32,000 nt of DNA from Chondromyces crocatus (GTDB taxonomy: Bacteria > Myxococcota_A > Polyangia > Polyangiales > Polyangiaceae): NCBI RefSeq assembly GCF_001189295.1, contig NZ_CP012159.1, forward strand, positions 3,204,973-3,236,972, in the 5' to 3' direction. Positions 7,353 to 14,019 of this stretch are shown here, one piece after another. Both the position numbers and the translations under genes were made by a program. Each line of letters begins with the position of its first letter. Position 1 is the first letter of the stretch. The notes beneath the pieces were generated by a model that searched no databases, was not told where the DNA came from, and was given only the letters and a program-made list of their open reading frames with translations.

Positions 7353-7680
7353 ACAGCGAAACTCCTAGGCCGAAACGAAAGCGCCAATCGTGGCGCCCAC
7401 GGTTGAGACCGGATCACAAGACATACCAATGCCAATCGCTCCGCGTCCCTCGATGAGGACGCAAGCGTAGGACATCTAGTTATGACGCTGGTGTCATGTT
7501 GGTGTGGCACCAGAGTGCCGAAACGCCAATCCACGTCGATTCAAAGCTAGTCAACAGCAATATGACAATAAAATCATAATATCGCAGAAGCGTCATATGT
7601 ACCAAGGCCAACCAGCGCTGCTGTATCAACAGATTCGCATCTGCGCGAATCGGCACAGCGAAAATCGCGAACAACGATTT
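7353..7680. promoter_or_regulatory. Markedly lower-G+C intergenic region with repeated motifs and hairpins (promoter/operator region, or a junction)
   Basis: GCCAATC occurs three times (about 7381, 7432 and 7525), twice in the context ccgaaacg..gccaatc. Hairpins are gcgcca-atcg-tggcgc (~7378-7393) and gattcgc-atctgc-gcgaatc (~7633-7652). AT-rich stretch caatatgacaataaaatcataatatcg. Confidence 0.45.
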
Positions 7681-8070
7681 TCATTGTGGGCCACCCTCGA
7701 GTAGTTCGAAGGCGCTCTGAAGCTCAGTAAGCGCCTGAGCGTGATCGCAGTCGAGCCGCCGAAGATCCGCGACAACGTGCTCAAGCGTCAGAAGCGCGCG
7801 CCGCTGTCTGGCCAAAGCGCTTACCCGAAGTACCGCAGGCACCACGTCGGCATGCGGAGCGTGAAGCCGCCGAAGGCCACGGAGATAGCCAGCGACCTCC
7901 CCAACGCTTAGTTCGTCGAGTCCTCTCCCATCTGCAAGAGCAGCGGCGAGCTCACGATGAAGAGGCTCGGCGAAATCTCCGGGCTCGATGCCCGTTTCCA
8001 AGGCCATGGCGTCAAGCGAGGCCGCGAGCACGAATCGCTCGGCTTGGAGGTCGAGCGGGGAGCGGCCCAT
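7681..8070 (-). CDS. DnaB-helicase N-terminal-domain-like protein (stand-alone, no ATPase domain)
   Basis: From ATG 8070: MGRSPLDLQAERFVLAASLDAMALETGIEPGDFAEPLHRELAAAL...EVAGYLRGL. This follows the DnaB_N pattern (..AE..vLg..L....l.p.dF....H..if.ai). The longer ORF start at 8310 would overlap the integrase 3' end, so it was rejected. Confidence 0.5.
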   Translation of the reverse strand: MGRSPLDLQAERFVLAASLDAMALETGIEPGDFAEPLHRELAAALADGRGLDELSVGEVAGYLRGLRRLHAPHADVVPAVLRVSALARQRRALLTLEHVVADLRRLDCDHAQALTELQSAFELLEGGPQ

Positions 8071-8209
8071 CCGCAACTTCCTCAGACGCTCCGCACGCCT
8101 GAGCGCGAGCACCACCCCGAGACCGCCGAGGGCGCATTCGAGCGCCTCCCGGAGGTCGAGGACGAGCCAGCGAAGGAGGGCGGGCTCCGTGCCGCGAGAC
8201 GCGCGCTGG

Positions 8210-9286
8210 CTAGGCGCTGTGCTGCTGGCCGCTGGTCTCGCGCGCCTGGCTATCCCGGCTGTCAAGGAGCCGGACGGCATCCCGCCGAATGTCTGGGGAG
8301 AGGTGGGCATAGCGCATGGTCATTTCAATGGTGGCGTGGCCGAGCAGCTCCTGGACCGCCTTGATAGGAACGCCGCGCATGACGAGATGCGAGGCGAAGG
8401 TGTGTCGAAGTGTGTGCCAGCCGATACGACGTAGCTCGGCGCGCTGACAGGCGCGGCGCAAAGGATGCTTGCACTCATTACGGGTCAGAAGGCGGCCACC
8501 GTCCGCCGGGAAGACGAACTCCCTAGCAAAGCGAGAAGGGAGAGCCCGCAAGACGGCGATCGCTTCGTCCGAAAGCGGGACCTCACGGCTTTTCTTATTT
8601 TTTGGCGTCCCGATGATCCCACGGGCGACCGCGCGACGCACCTTGAGCAGGCCAGAGACAAGATCGATGTCATCCCAGCGCAGCGCCAGCAGCTCGCCCT
8701 GCCGCAAACCGGTGCGGAGCGCGAGCAGGACCATGGGCCGCCATTCGGGATCCGCCCCGCGGAGCAGGCGCTCCGCTTCCTCGAAAGTGAGAAAATCGAA
8801 CTCCGCCTCAGGAACGGGGAGCAACTTGAACGGTGGCAGACCGTGAAGGCGACCCCACTCCTTGGCCACTGTAAACACTTTGCGAAGCACCGTAAGCTGG
8901 TTATTGACAGTTTTGGGGGAGAGCCCTGCGCGGAGCTGGTTGGCCTTGAAGCGTTCGACGTGCTGAGGACCGATGGAATCAAGGCGCTGAGCACCAAAGA
9001 ACGGGCTCAAATGGAGGCGCAAAATTGATTCCTTTGTCTCCACCTCGGAGGGCTTGTTATTGGTGTAGGCATAGGTCTCAAGAAACTCCTTAGCAAAATC
9101 GGTGAAGAGAGGCGGCCGACCGACCTGCCGAGCGTATTGCTGGAGCTTGGCACGCTCCTGCTGCTCGAGGATAACAGCCTCGTTCCTGGTGCGAACGTCG
9201 ACGGATTTCCGCAGACGAACCCGCTCACCCCCACGCCAAAGAACGACGTCGATTTGCCACGTACCACCACGTTTGCGCACGGTCAT
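8210..9286 (-). CDS. int: Tyrosine recombinase / phage integrase
   Basis: 358 aa. SAM-like N-domain HVERFKANQLRAGLSPKTVNNQLTVLRKVF. Catalytic signature ALRTGLRQGELLAL (R), HTLRHTFAS (H-x-x-R), LLGHATIEMTMRYAHL (H...Y). Confidence 0.92.
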   Translation of the reverse strand: MTVRKRGGTWQIDVVLWRGGERVRLRKSVDVRTRNEAVILEQQERAKLQQYARQVGRPPLFTDFAKEFLETYAYTNNKPSEVETKESILRLHLSPFFGAQRLDSIGPQHVERFKANQLRAGLSPKTVNNQLTVLRKVFTVAKEWGRLHGLPPFKLLPVPEAEFDFLTFEEAERLLRGADPEWRPMVLLALRTGLRQGELLALRWDDIDLVSGLLKVRRAVARGIIGTPKNKKSREVPLSDEAIAVLRALPSRFAREFVFPADGGRLLTRNECKHPLRRACQRAELRRIGWHTLRHTFASHLVMRGVPIKAVQELLGHATIEMTMRYAHLSPDIRRDAVRLLDSRDSQARETSGQQHSA

Positions 9287-9297
9287 GAACGCTTACC

Positions 9298-9561
9298 TCA
9301 GCGAGGATCAGGGGCACCTACTGCCCACTGAATCAGCGTCGGGCGATGCAAGCGCAATGCCCGTCCGAAGTGACGGACACCCGGAATCGTCCCCTCACGA
9401 ATCATGGCGTAGAGTGTCTTTCTACCCAACCGCAGGTAGAGGCGCGCCTCCTCCACCGTCCAGAAGTCCGGAGCATCTCCCACATGCTGCTCTGGCGTTC
9501 GGGATGACTCGGGTCGAGAGCGATAGCCTTGTCGCACCCCTGTTCGATTCATACGCACCAC
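9298..9561 (-). CDS. xis: Excisionase-family / MerR-like HTH protein (start uncertain)
   Basis: WTVEEARLYLRLGRKTLYAMIREGTIPGVRHFGRALRLHRPTLIQW matches the Xis-type HTH pattern. It ends 11 nt upstream of the int start. An alternative GTG start lies at 9483. Confidence 0.65.
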   Translation of the reverse strand: MVRMNRTGVRQGYRSRPESSRTPEQHVGDAPDFWTVEEARLYLRLGRKTLYAMIREGTIPGVRHFGRALRLHRPTLIQWAVGAPDPR

Positions 9562-10011
9562 TCCGAGGTCGTGTTTGATGGGCGAGGCTCGGCCTTCTGC
9601 ACCCGCCGAGCACAGAGGAGAGAGAAGGCAGATGGCAGGAAGCGTCCAACCCCTGCTCCAGCGCAGGACATGTCACATTGCTTGTCTGTCAGTTGGCTGT
9701 GTTGGCAGACTGTGAGCGCAACCTAGCTGGCAGAGTTCATGTGCGCAAGGTGGCTGGAAGTAGATACATGCTGAGGGCGTAATTTTTCTGTCGACACCTC
9801 TGAAAGCCGCCGTATTATCGGTGCGCTTCTGGTTACGCACAGAATTGTCAGATGTCACCTGGGCACAGTCTATGTGCCACATGGTGGTTCCGTGTGAGGT
9901 TTCCCTGGGACGTACGCTGGGTCCGCCCCTGCGTTGTTCCGGGCTCCCCAACAAAGACGGGCCAGGCAAGGGACGTCTCGCCGGCCCGACGACACACACA
10001 GGAGGTGCGCC

Positions 10012-10320
10012 TTGACCCAACCCGTCTCGTTTAAGCCGATCACGCTCGACCCCCGCACAGCGACGCCGACGAGCCTGAGTCGATCCTCGGTGGATGAACT
10101 TCTGCTTCTGGCGATATCAGGCGGAGAAGATCCGACGATCGCAGGAGGGATCGAGGCGACGGCGCGTGAACTCGAACTGCTCTATGAGCTGTGCAACAAC
10201 CGAGGGGAACTGTGGATGAGCAGCCTTCTCAACCAGCTCCAGCAGCGTCTACGCGTGCTGGCCGAGGTCTCCCGGCGGCGGGAACGTGAAGCACCTGCAT
10301 CTACGCAGTCCGCCGCTTGA
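10012..10320 (+). CDS. Hypothetical protein
   Basis: TTG at 10012 is preceded by GGAGG (10001-10005). Product of 102 aa with a helical C-terminus. Its 3' end converges on and overlaps the CI-like gene by 20 nt. Confidence 0.4.
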   Translation: MTQPVSFKPITLDPRTATPTSLSRSSVDELLLLAISGGEDPTIAGGIEATARELELLYELCNNRGELWMSSLLNQLQQRLRVLAEVSRRREREAPASTQSAA

Positions 10321-10807
10321 GCTGGATCCTGCCGAGGGCGGCCTCGATCTCGTCCAGCATCTCGGCCCACTGGGGGGGCTGAAGTTCCTCGGCATCAGGT
10401 AGCGTGACCATCGCCCTTGCGGCTGCCACCGTGGGCATCGACCACTTGTGCTGGTGGTAGGCGAGCGCCGCCTCCAGGGCGAGCGCCCGGGAGCGCTGCG
10501 TAGCCGTGCCCGAAAGCGATGGGGGAGGGGGGACCGAGGACGGGTCATCGAGGTTGCCGCGGCCCGTCGCGAGCCATTCGTAGTTGATGCGTAGGGCGTC
10601 GGCGATGCGCCTCATCAGCTCGGGCGACAGTTTCAGCCGCTCCCCTTTGAGGATCCTGGAAGCGTAGCCTCGCGCCAGGCGCGCCTCCTCCTCCAGCGCC
10701 AGCCGAGTCATGTTGCGCAGTTCCAGCGCGTGGAGCAGTCGATCGGCGAGCGAGTCGAGTGATTTGGGATCCCGAGACGCTGCGTCCTGTGTGTGCTTGG
10801 CCATCAT
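10301..10807 (-). CDS. XRE/CI-type HTH repressor
   Basis: LHALELRNMTRLALEEEARLARGYASRILKGERLKLSPELMRRIADALRINYEWLATGRG is an XRE-family HTH. It is divergent from a cro-like ORF across an operator-rich spacer. Confidence 0.8.
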   Translation of the reverse strand: MMAKHTQDAASRDPKSLDSLADRLLHALELRNMTRLALEEEARLARGYASRILKGERLKLSPELMRRIADALRINYEWLATGRGNLDDPSSVPPPPSLSGTATQRSRALALEAALAYHQHKWSMPTVAAARAMVTLPDAEELQPPQWAEMLDEIEAALGRIQLKRRTA

Positions 10808-10847
10808 TTGTGGGCTCAGTAACGGCGAGCGATGTGCAGTAGCCTAT

Positions 10848-10958
10848 CTGTCAGCATCCCCAGGCACAAGAGGATGCTGTCAGCGTCATCGGCTACCGAC
10901 TGGGGGTCTGTCAGTCTGACAGTTTCCAGTTGACAGACACGGGGGCCGATTCTAGCTT
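10848..10958. promoter_or_regulatory. Operator/promoter cluster of the CI/Cro switch
   Basis: CTGTCAG at 10848-10854, 10877-10883 and 10908-10914. Perfect palindrome CTGTCAG-T-CTGACAG at 10908-10922. TTGACAG at 10930-10936. 8-bp inverted repeat cagcatcc/ggatgctg at 10852-10859 / 10872-10879. Candidate sigma-70 promoter: TTGACA (10930-10935), 17-nt spacer, TAGCTT (10953-10958). Confidence 0.55.
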
Positions 10959-10964
10959 CCGGTC

Positions 10965-11105
10965 ATGATCATCAAGCTCCTCGGCACCTTGCCGGCCGAG
11001 GGCAATCGCCGCCTCTGGGCTATGACCCAGAAGGATGTGGCCGGTGCCCTCGGCTTTTCTTCAACCCCAACGACCGCGGCGAACGCGGTGGAGCGATATT
11101 CATGA
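10965..11105 (+). CDS. Small Cro-like HTH protein (46 aa; not in the ORF track because it is under 60 aa)
   Basis: MIIKLLGTLPAEGNRRLWAMTQKDVAGALGFSSTPTTAANAVERYS*. The MTQKDVAGALGFS segment is HTH-like. Its TGA (11103-11105) overlaps the next gene's ATG (11102), an ATGA overlap. The ATG lies 6 nt after the putative -10, so the transcript may be leaderless. Confidence 0.5.
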   Translation: MIIKLLGTLPAEGNRRLWAMTQKDVAGALGFSSTPTTAANAVERYS

Positions 11106-11707
11106 GCATCGCTCTCGACCGAGCTAAGCGCGCTTTGCAGCGCCGCGGAATGGTGCTGGTTTGCGATCTCGACGGCACCCTAGCCACCGACGTGGCGCGC
11201 CGTCACCTGAGGCCTCGCGCAAACAGCGCATGCCTCGATGGTGTCGCGCCAGAGCAGATCGAGCGCTACATGGATCCGAAGCTGGTAGCGCTCGATGAGC
11301 CGGTTTCGGGGGCTGCAGAACTGCTGGGCAGCCTCGTCGCTTCGCCGGGAGCACCGCGTCTACTCCTGGTGACCGCTCGCTGGAACTCTCTGTGGCGTGT
11401 CACGACGCAATGGCTTGGACGGCATTACCCGAACGTACGGCCGTTCCTCCTCATGAGGAAGCGCTCGGACACGCGGCCCTCGGTCGACGTGAAGCTCGAT
11501 CTCGTCCGCACCTACGGTGGAGCCGCCCAGGGAGGAGTCTGGCTCGACGATGACCCTCGAATGTTGCTTGCGGCCGAACGTGCAGGGTTTGTCGCTCTGA
11601 AAGCGCCGGAAGTCTTCGCGGCGACGGAGGCGCCTACGCCCATCGGCAACGTGGTCCCGGCGCGGCGATGCGCCTGGTGTCATCCCGAGCTTCCTGAATC
11701 GGCCTGA
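11102..11707 (+). CDS. HAD-superfamily phosphatase (nucleotidase-like)
   Basis: Motif I VCDLDGTLA (DxDxT). Motif II LLLVTAR. Motif III K...WLDDDP. 201 aa with no obvious cap-domain clue to the substrate. Confidence 0.75.
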   Translation: MSIALDRAKRALQRRGMVLVCDLDGTLATDVARRHLRPRANSACLDGVAPEQIERYMDPKLVALDEPVSGAAELLGSLVASPGAPRLLLVTARWNSLWRVTTQWLGRHYPNVRPFLLMRKRSDTRPSVDVKLDLVRTYGGAAQGGVWLDDDPRMLLAAERAGFVALKAPEVFAATEAPTPIGNVVPARRCAWCHPELPESA

Positions 11708-11709
11708 CC

Positions 11710-12831
11710 ATGCTCGACAGCAAAGTGAATGTCCTCCTGGACGCCCAATGGGGCAGTTCCGGGAAGGGGAAGTTCTGTCTCTGGCTGGCCGAGCGCCACG
11801 GTGTGACCTTTGCCTCAGCGAGCAACGCGCCGAACGCTGGTCATACGATCGCGCTTCAGGGTGAGCGCTGGGTCTTCAAATGCCTTCCCAGCGCCTCGCT
11901 CGCTCCTTCCGTGAGTACGGTTCTGCTCACGGGAGCGAGTGTGTTTGACGCCGAGCAACTCAGGACCGAGAGTGGCTGGACGCGCGCCGAGGTGCTGATC
12001 CACGAGCGCGCCGTTGTGCTCCAGCCTCGTCACCGGGAGCGCGAGCAAGGGGCAATGAGCCTGCTCGCGATTGCCTCGACCCAGCAAGGCTCGGCCGCTG
12101 CGGCGATCGACAAGATGCTGCGAGAGCCGAACGTGATCGCCGCAACGCACTGGCACGAGCTCGGTCGAGCCCACGTGACCCCGGCGACCGAGTGCAGAAC
12201 GGCCCTGCTCCGGGCGCTGGAGGAGGGCGGTACGGCGCTGCACGAGGTCTCCCAAGGGTACGCGCTGAGCATCGATCACGGCTCACAGTTTCCCCACTGC
12301 ACGAGCCGAAATTGCACCTCGGCGCGCGCTCTCGACGACCTCGGGGTGAGCCCCCGGCTTCTGGGCGACGTCTACCTCAACGTCCGACCCTATCCCATTC
12401 GGGTAGGCAACATCGTCAAGGGCAGCGAGGTGATTGGCTTCTCCGGTGGTTTCTACCCTGACGCACGGGAAACCACCTGGGAAACAGTCGGCCGACTTGC
12501 CGGCATGCCAGAGGACGAGATCAGCAAGCTGCACGAGGCGGAACTCACCACGGTGACGCGGCGGCTCCGGCGGGTTTGCACGTTCAGTCGAATGGGCTTC
12601 GTCGACGCCTGCCGTGCGAATGGTGCAACCAAGATCATCCTCAACTTCGCGCAGTACCTCGACTGGAGCGTCTATCAGCAGCGCGGCGAGGTGAGCATCG
12701 CGGACTTGCCCGAGCGCCTCCGGGACTTTGTCTGCCTGCTTGAGCGCCTGTCCGGATCCCCCGTGGTCGCCATCGGGACCGGTCCCGACCACGACGACGT
12801 GCTTATCCCCTGGAGACGAAATCTCTCATGA
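11710..12831 (+). CDS. purZ: Adenylosuccinate-synthetase (PurA) superfamily protein with a PurZ-like signature
   Basis: 373 aa. LLDAQWGSSGKGKF (PurA has GTQWGDEGKGK). NAPNAGHT (PurA GGHNAGHT). ASTQQGSAAAAIDKM (PurA GTTGRGIGPAYEDK). EVSQGYALSIDHGSQFPHCTSRNCT (PurA [24 protein letters not shown]). YPIRVGN...SGGFYPDARETTW. ELTTVTRRLRRV (PurA GATTGRRRR). Superfamily membership is confident. The PurZ subtype is from remembered signatures. Confidence 0.7.
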   Translation: MLDSKVNVLLDAQWGSSGKGKFCLWLAERHGVTFASASNAPNAGHTIALQGERWVFKCLPSASLAPSVSTVLLTGASVFDAEQLRTESGWTRAEVLIHERAVVLQPRHREREQGAMSLLAIASTQQGSAAAAIDKMLREPNVIAATHWHELGRAHVTPATECRTALLRALEEGGTALHEVSQGYALSIDHGSQFPHCTSRNCTSARALDDLGVSPRLLGDVYLNVRPYPIRVGNIVKGSEVIGFSGGFYPDARETTWETVGRLAGMPEDEISKLHEAELTTVTRRLRRVCTFSRMGFVDACRANGATKIILNFAQYLDWSVYQQRGEVSIADLPERLRDFVCLLERLSGSPVVAIGTGPDHDDVLIPWRRNLS

Positions 12832-13592
12832 ATTCCATATCCCAAACGGAGCTTTTCGCAGACTTCACCGCCATTCAGCACAAGGCAGGTGAGACCTTTC
12901 GCGCCAAAAATGCAGCATACGGTTGCGCGAATATTGCCGAGAGCGGGGAGCAAGGCGTCTTTCTTCGTATGAGTGACAAATTTGCTCGGCTCCGTCACGA
13001 GTCCATCCCGGGCGAGTCGGTTGAGGATGCGCTCCTCGATCTGATGAACTATGCCGCGATGCTGCTGCTTCTCCGGCAGGGCAAGTGGCCGGGCCACAAG
13101 CGCGACGTCGATTGCCCCGACCTACTCGACGCCCTTCAGGTACGCGAACAGTTGTGCGGCAGCCTCGCAATGCCCCAGGTCGAGGGCGACGTCGGCTACG
13201 ATCTCCGCGCCTCAGAGGACGTTCTTCTGCCCGCCCGTCTGGGTCCTCCCGCTTATATCTCGACGGGCATCCGCATCAAGGCTCCCGAGGGAGTCTGGAC
13301 GCGCATCGTGGGGCGCTCCAGCACGGCCAGCCGCGGCGTGCTTGTGGCCGAGGGCATCATCGATAACGGCTACACGGGAGAGCTGTTTGTTGCCTGCTTC
13401 AACCTCTCTGGTCACCCGCTCGCCATCAAGGCAGGGGAGCGGATCGCCCAGCTCGTGTTCTGCCCGATCATCACGCCGAAACTCACCTACGTGGAGGAGC
13501 TTCCGGCCACGGGCAGGGGAGGACGAGGCTTCGGCTCTACGGGCGAAGCCGTAGGGTCGTCGAGCGAGCAGGGCAGGAGCCTCGCCTCATGA
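12828..13592 (+). CDS. dut: Fusion protein: N-terminal all-alpha NTP-pyrophosphohydrolase-like (DUF1599/MazG-superfamily-like) domain plus C-terminal trimeric dUTPase
   Basis: The C-terminal half carries all five dUTPase motifs: VGYDLRA, GRSS, GIIDNGYTGE, ERIAQL and RGGRGFGSTG. The N-terminal ~95 aa reads FRAKNAAYG...GEQGVFLRMSDKFARLRHE...SVEDALLDLMNYAAMLLLL. The ATG overlaps the purZ-like stop (ATGA). Confidence 0.8.
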   Translation: MNSISQTELFADFTAIQHKAGETFRAKNAAYGCANIAESGEQGVFLRMSDKFARLRHESIPGESVEDALLDLMNYAAMLLLLRQGKWPGHKRDVDCPDLLDALQVREQLCGSLAMPQVEGDVGYDLRASEDVLLPARLGPPAYISTGIRIKAPEGVWTRIVGRSSTASRGVLVAEGIIDNGYTGELFVACFNLSGHPLAIKAGERIAQLVFCPIITPKLTYVEELPATGRGGRGFGSTGEAVGSSSEQGRSLAS

Positions 13593-13849
13593 ACCGCAGC
13601 GCAGCCCTTGCCGAACTTCGCCAGCTCGGTGAGGCGCTTCCGGATCGCGCGCTGGGAACTGCGCTTTACATCCTCCGGCGGCTCGCCTCCGGGGAGCGAT
13701 GCCAGCCAGCACGGGAGGGAATCGAGACCGCAGTTGAGTACGCGGCGCATCAATGCGACCTCGCGCTCGATCGAATCGGCCAGTTCCTTGAGTACGGGCC
13801 GCAAGCGGCCATCAGCCCCGCCCGCATCTCCGCGCCGCGCATTGCGTAG
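13589..13849 (+). CDS. Hypothetical protein
   Basis: Its ATG overlaps the previous stop (ATGA at 13589-13592). 86 aa, helical. It competes with an antisense ORF (13487-13978, minus). The plus frame is preferred because of the coupling and operon context. Confidence 0.4.
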   Translation: MNRSAALAELRQLGEALPDRALGTALYILRRLASGERCQPAREGIETAVEYAAHQCDLALDRIGQFLEYGPQAAISPARISAPRIA

Positions 13850-13896
13850 CGTACCGCACGGGCTTCTTAAACACCGGCGAGGGCCCCGCCTTGGGC

Positions 13897-13922
13897 GCTG
13901 GGATGCGCGCGCGTATCCCAGC
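13897..13922. other. 8-bp-stem palindrome in the only sizeable gap of the rightward operon
   Basis: gctgggat-gcgcgcgcgt-atcccagc. It lies in the 170-nt gap between 13849 and 14020, upstream of the HTH pair and the RepA-like module. Confidence 0.4.
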
Positions 13923-14019
13923 ACCCGGCAGAACTCCTCAGCCAATAGCAATGAAACACGCGCCCCCATGCTGCTCACCAGCAGCGCTCGGGAGCAGAGA
14001 CGATTTCGCCGACTTACCT

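Noticed and set aside
7681-8310. Full-length 209-aa version of the DnaB_N-like ORF
   Set aside because: The first 80 residues are of low complexity and overlap the integrase 3' end by 100 nt. The internal ATG at 8070 starts exactly at the DnaB_N-like domain.
9370-9395. cccggaatcgtcccc, which resembles the tmRNA T-arm segment ccgggaatcgaaccc, as a possible distal att repeat
   Set aside because: The match is only about 13 of 15 nt. It lies inside the xis-like coding frame and lacks the flanking acceptor-stem sequence, so it is probably coincidental.
13487-13978. 163-aa minus-strand ORF overlapping the dut-fusion 3' end and the 13589-13849 ORF
   Set aside because: It runs against an otherwise uninterrupted, translationally coupled plus-strand operon and overlaps the conserved dUTPase motif V. 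It has no motifs. It cannot be fully excluded.
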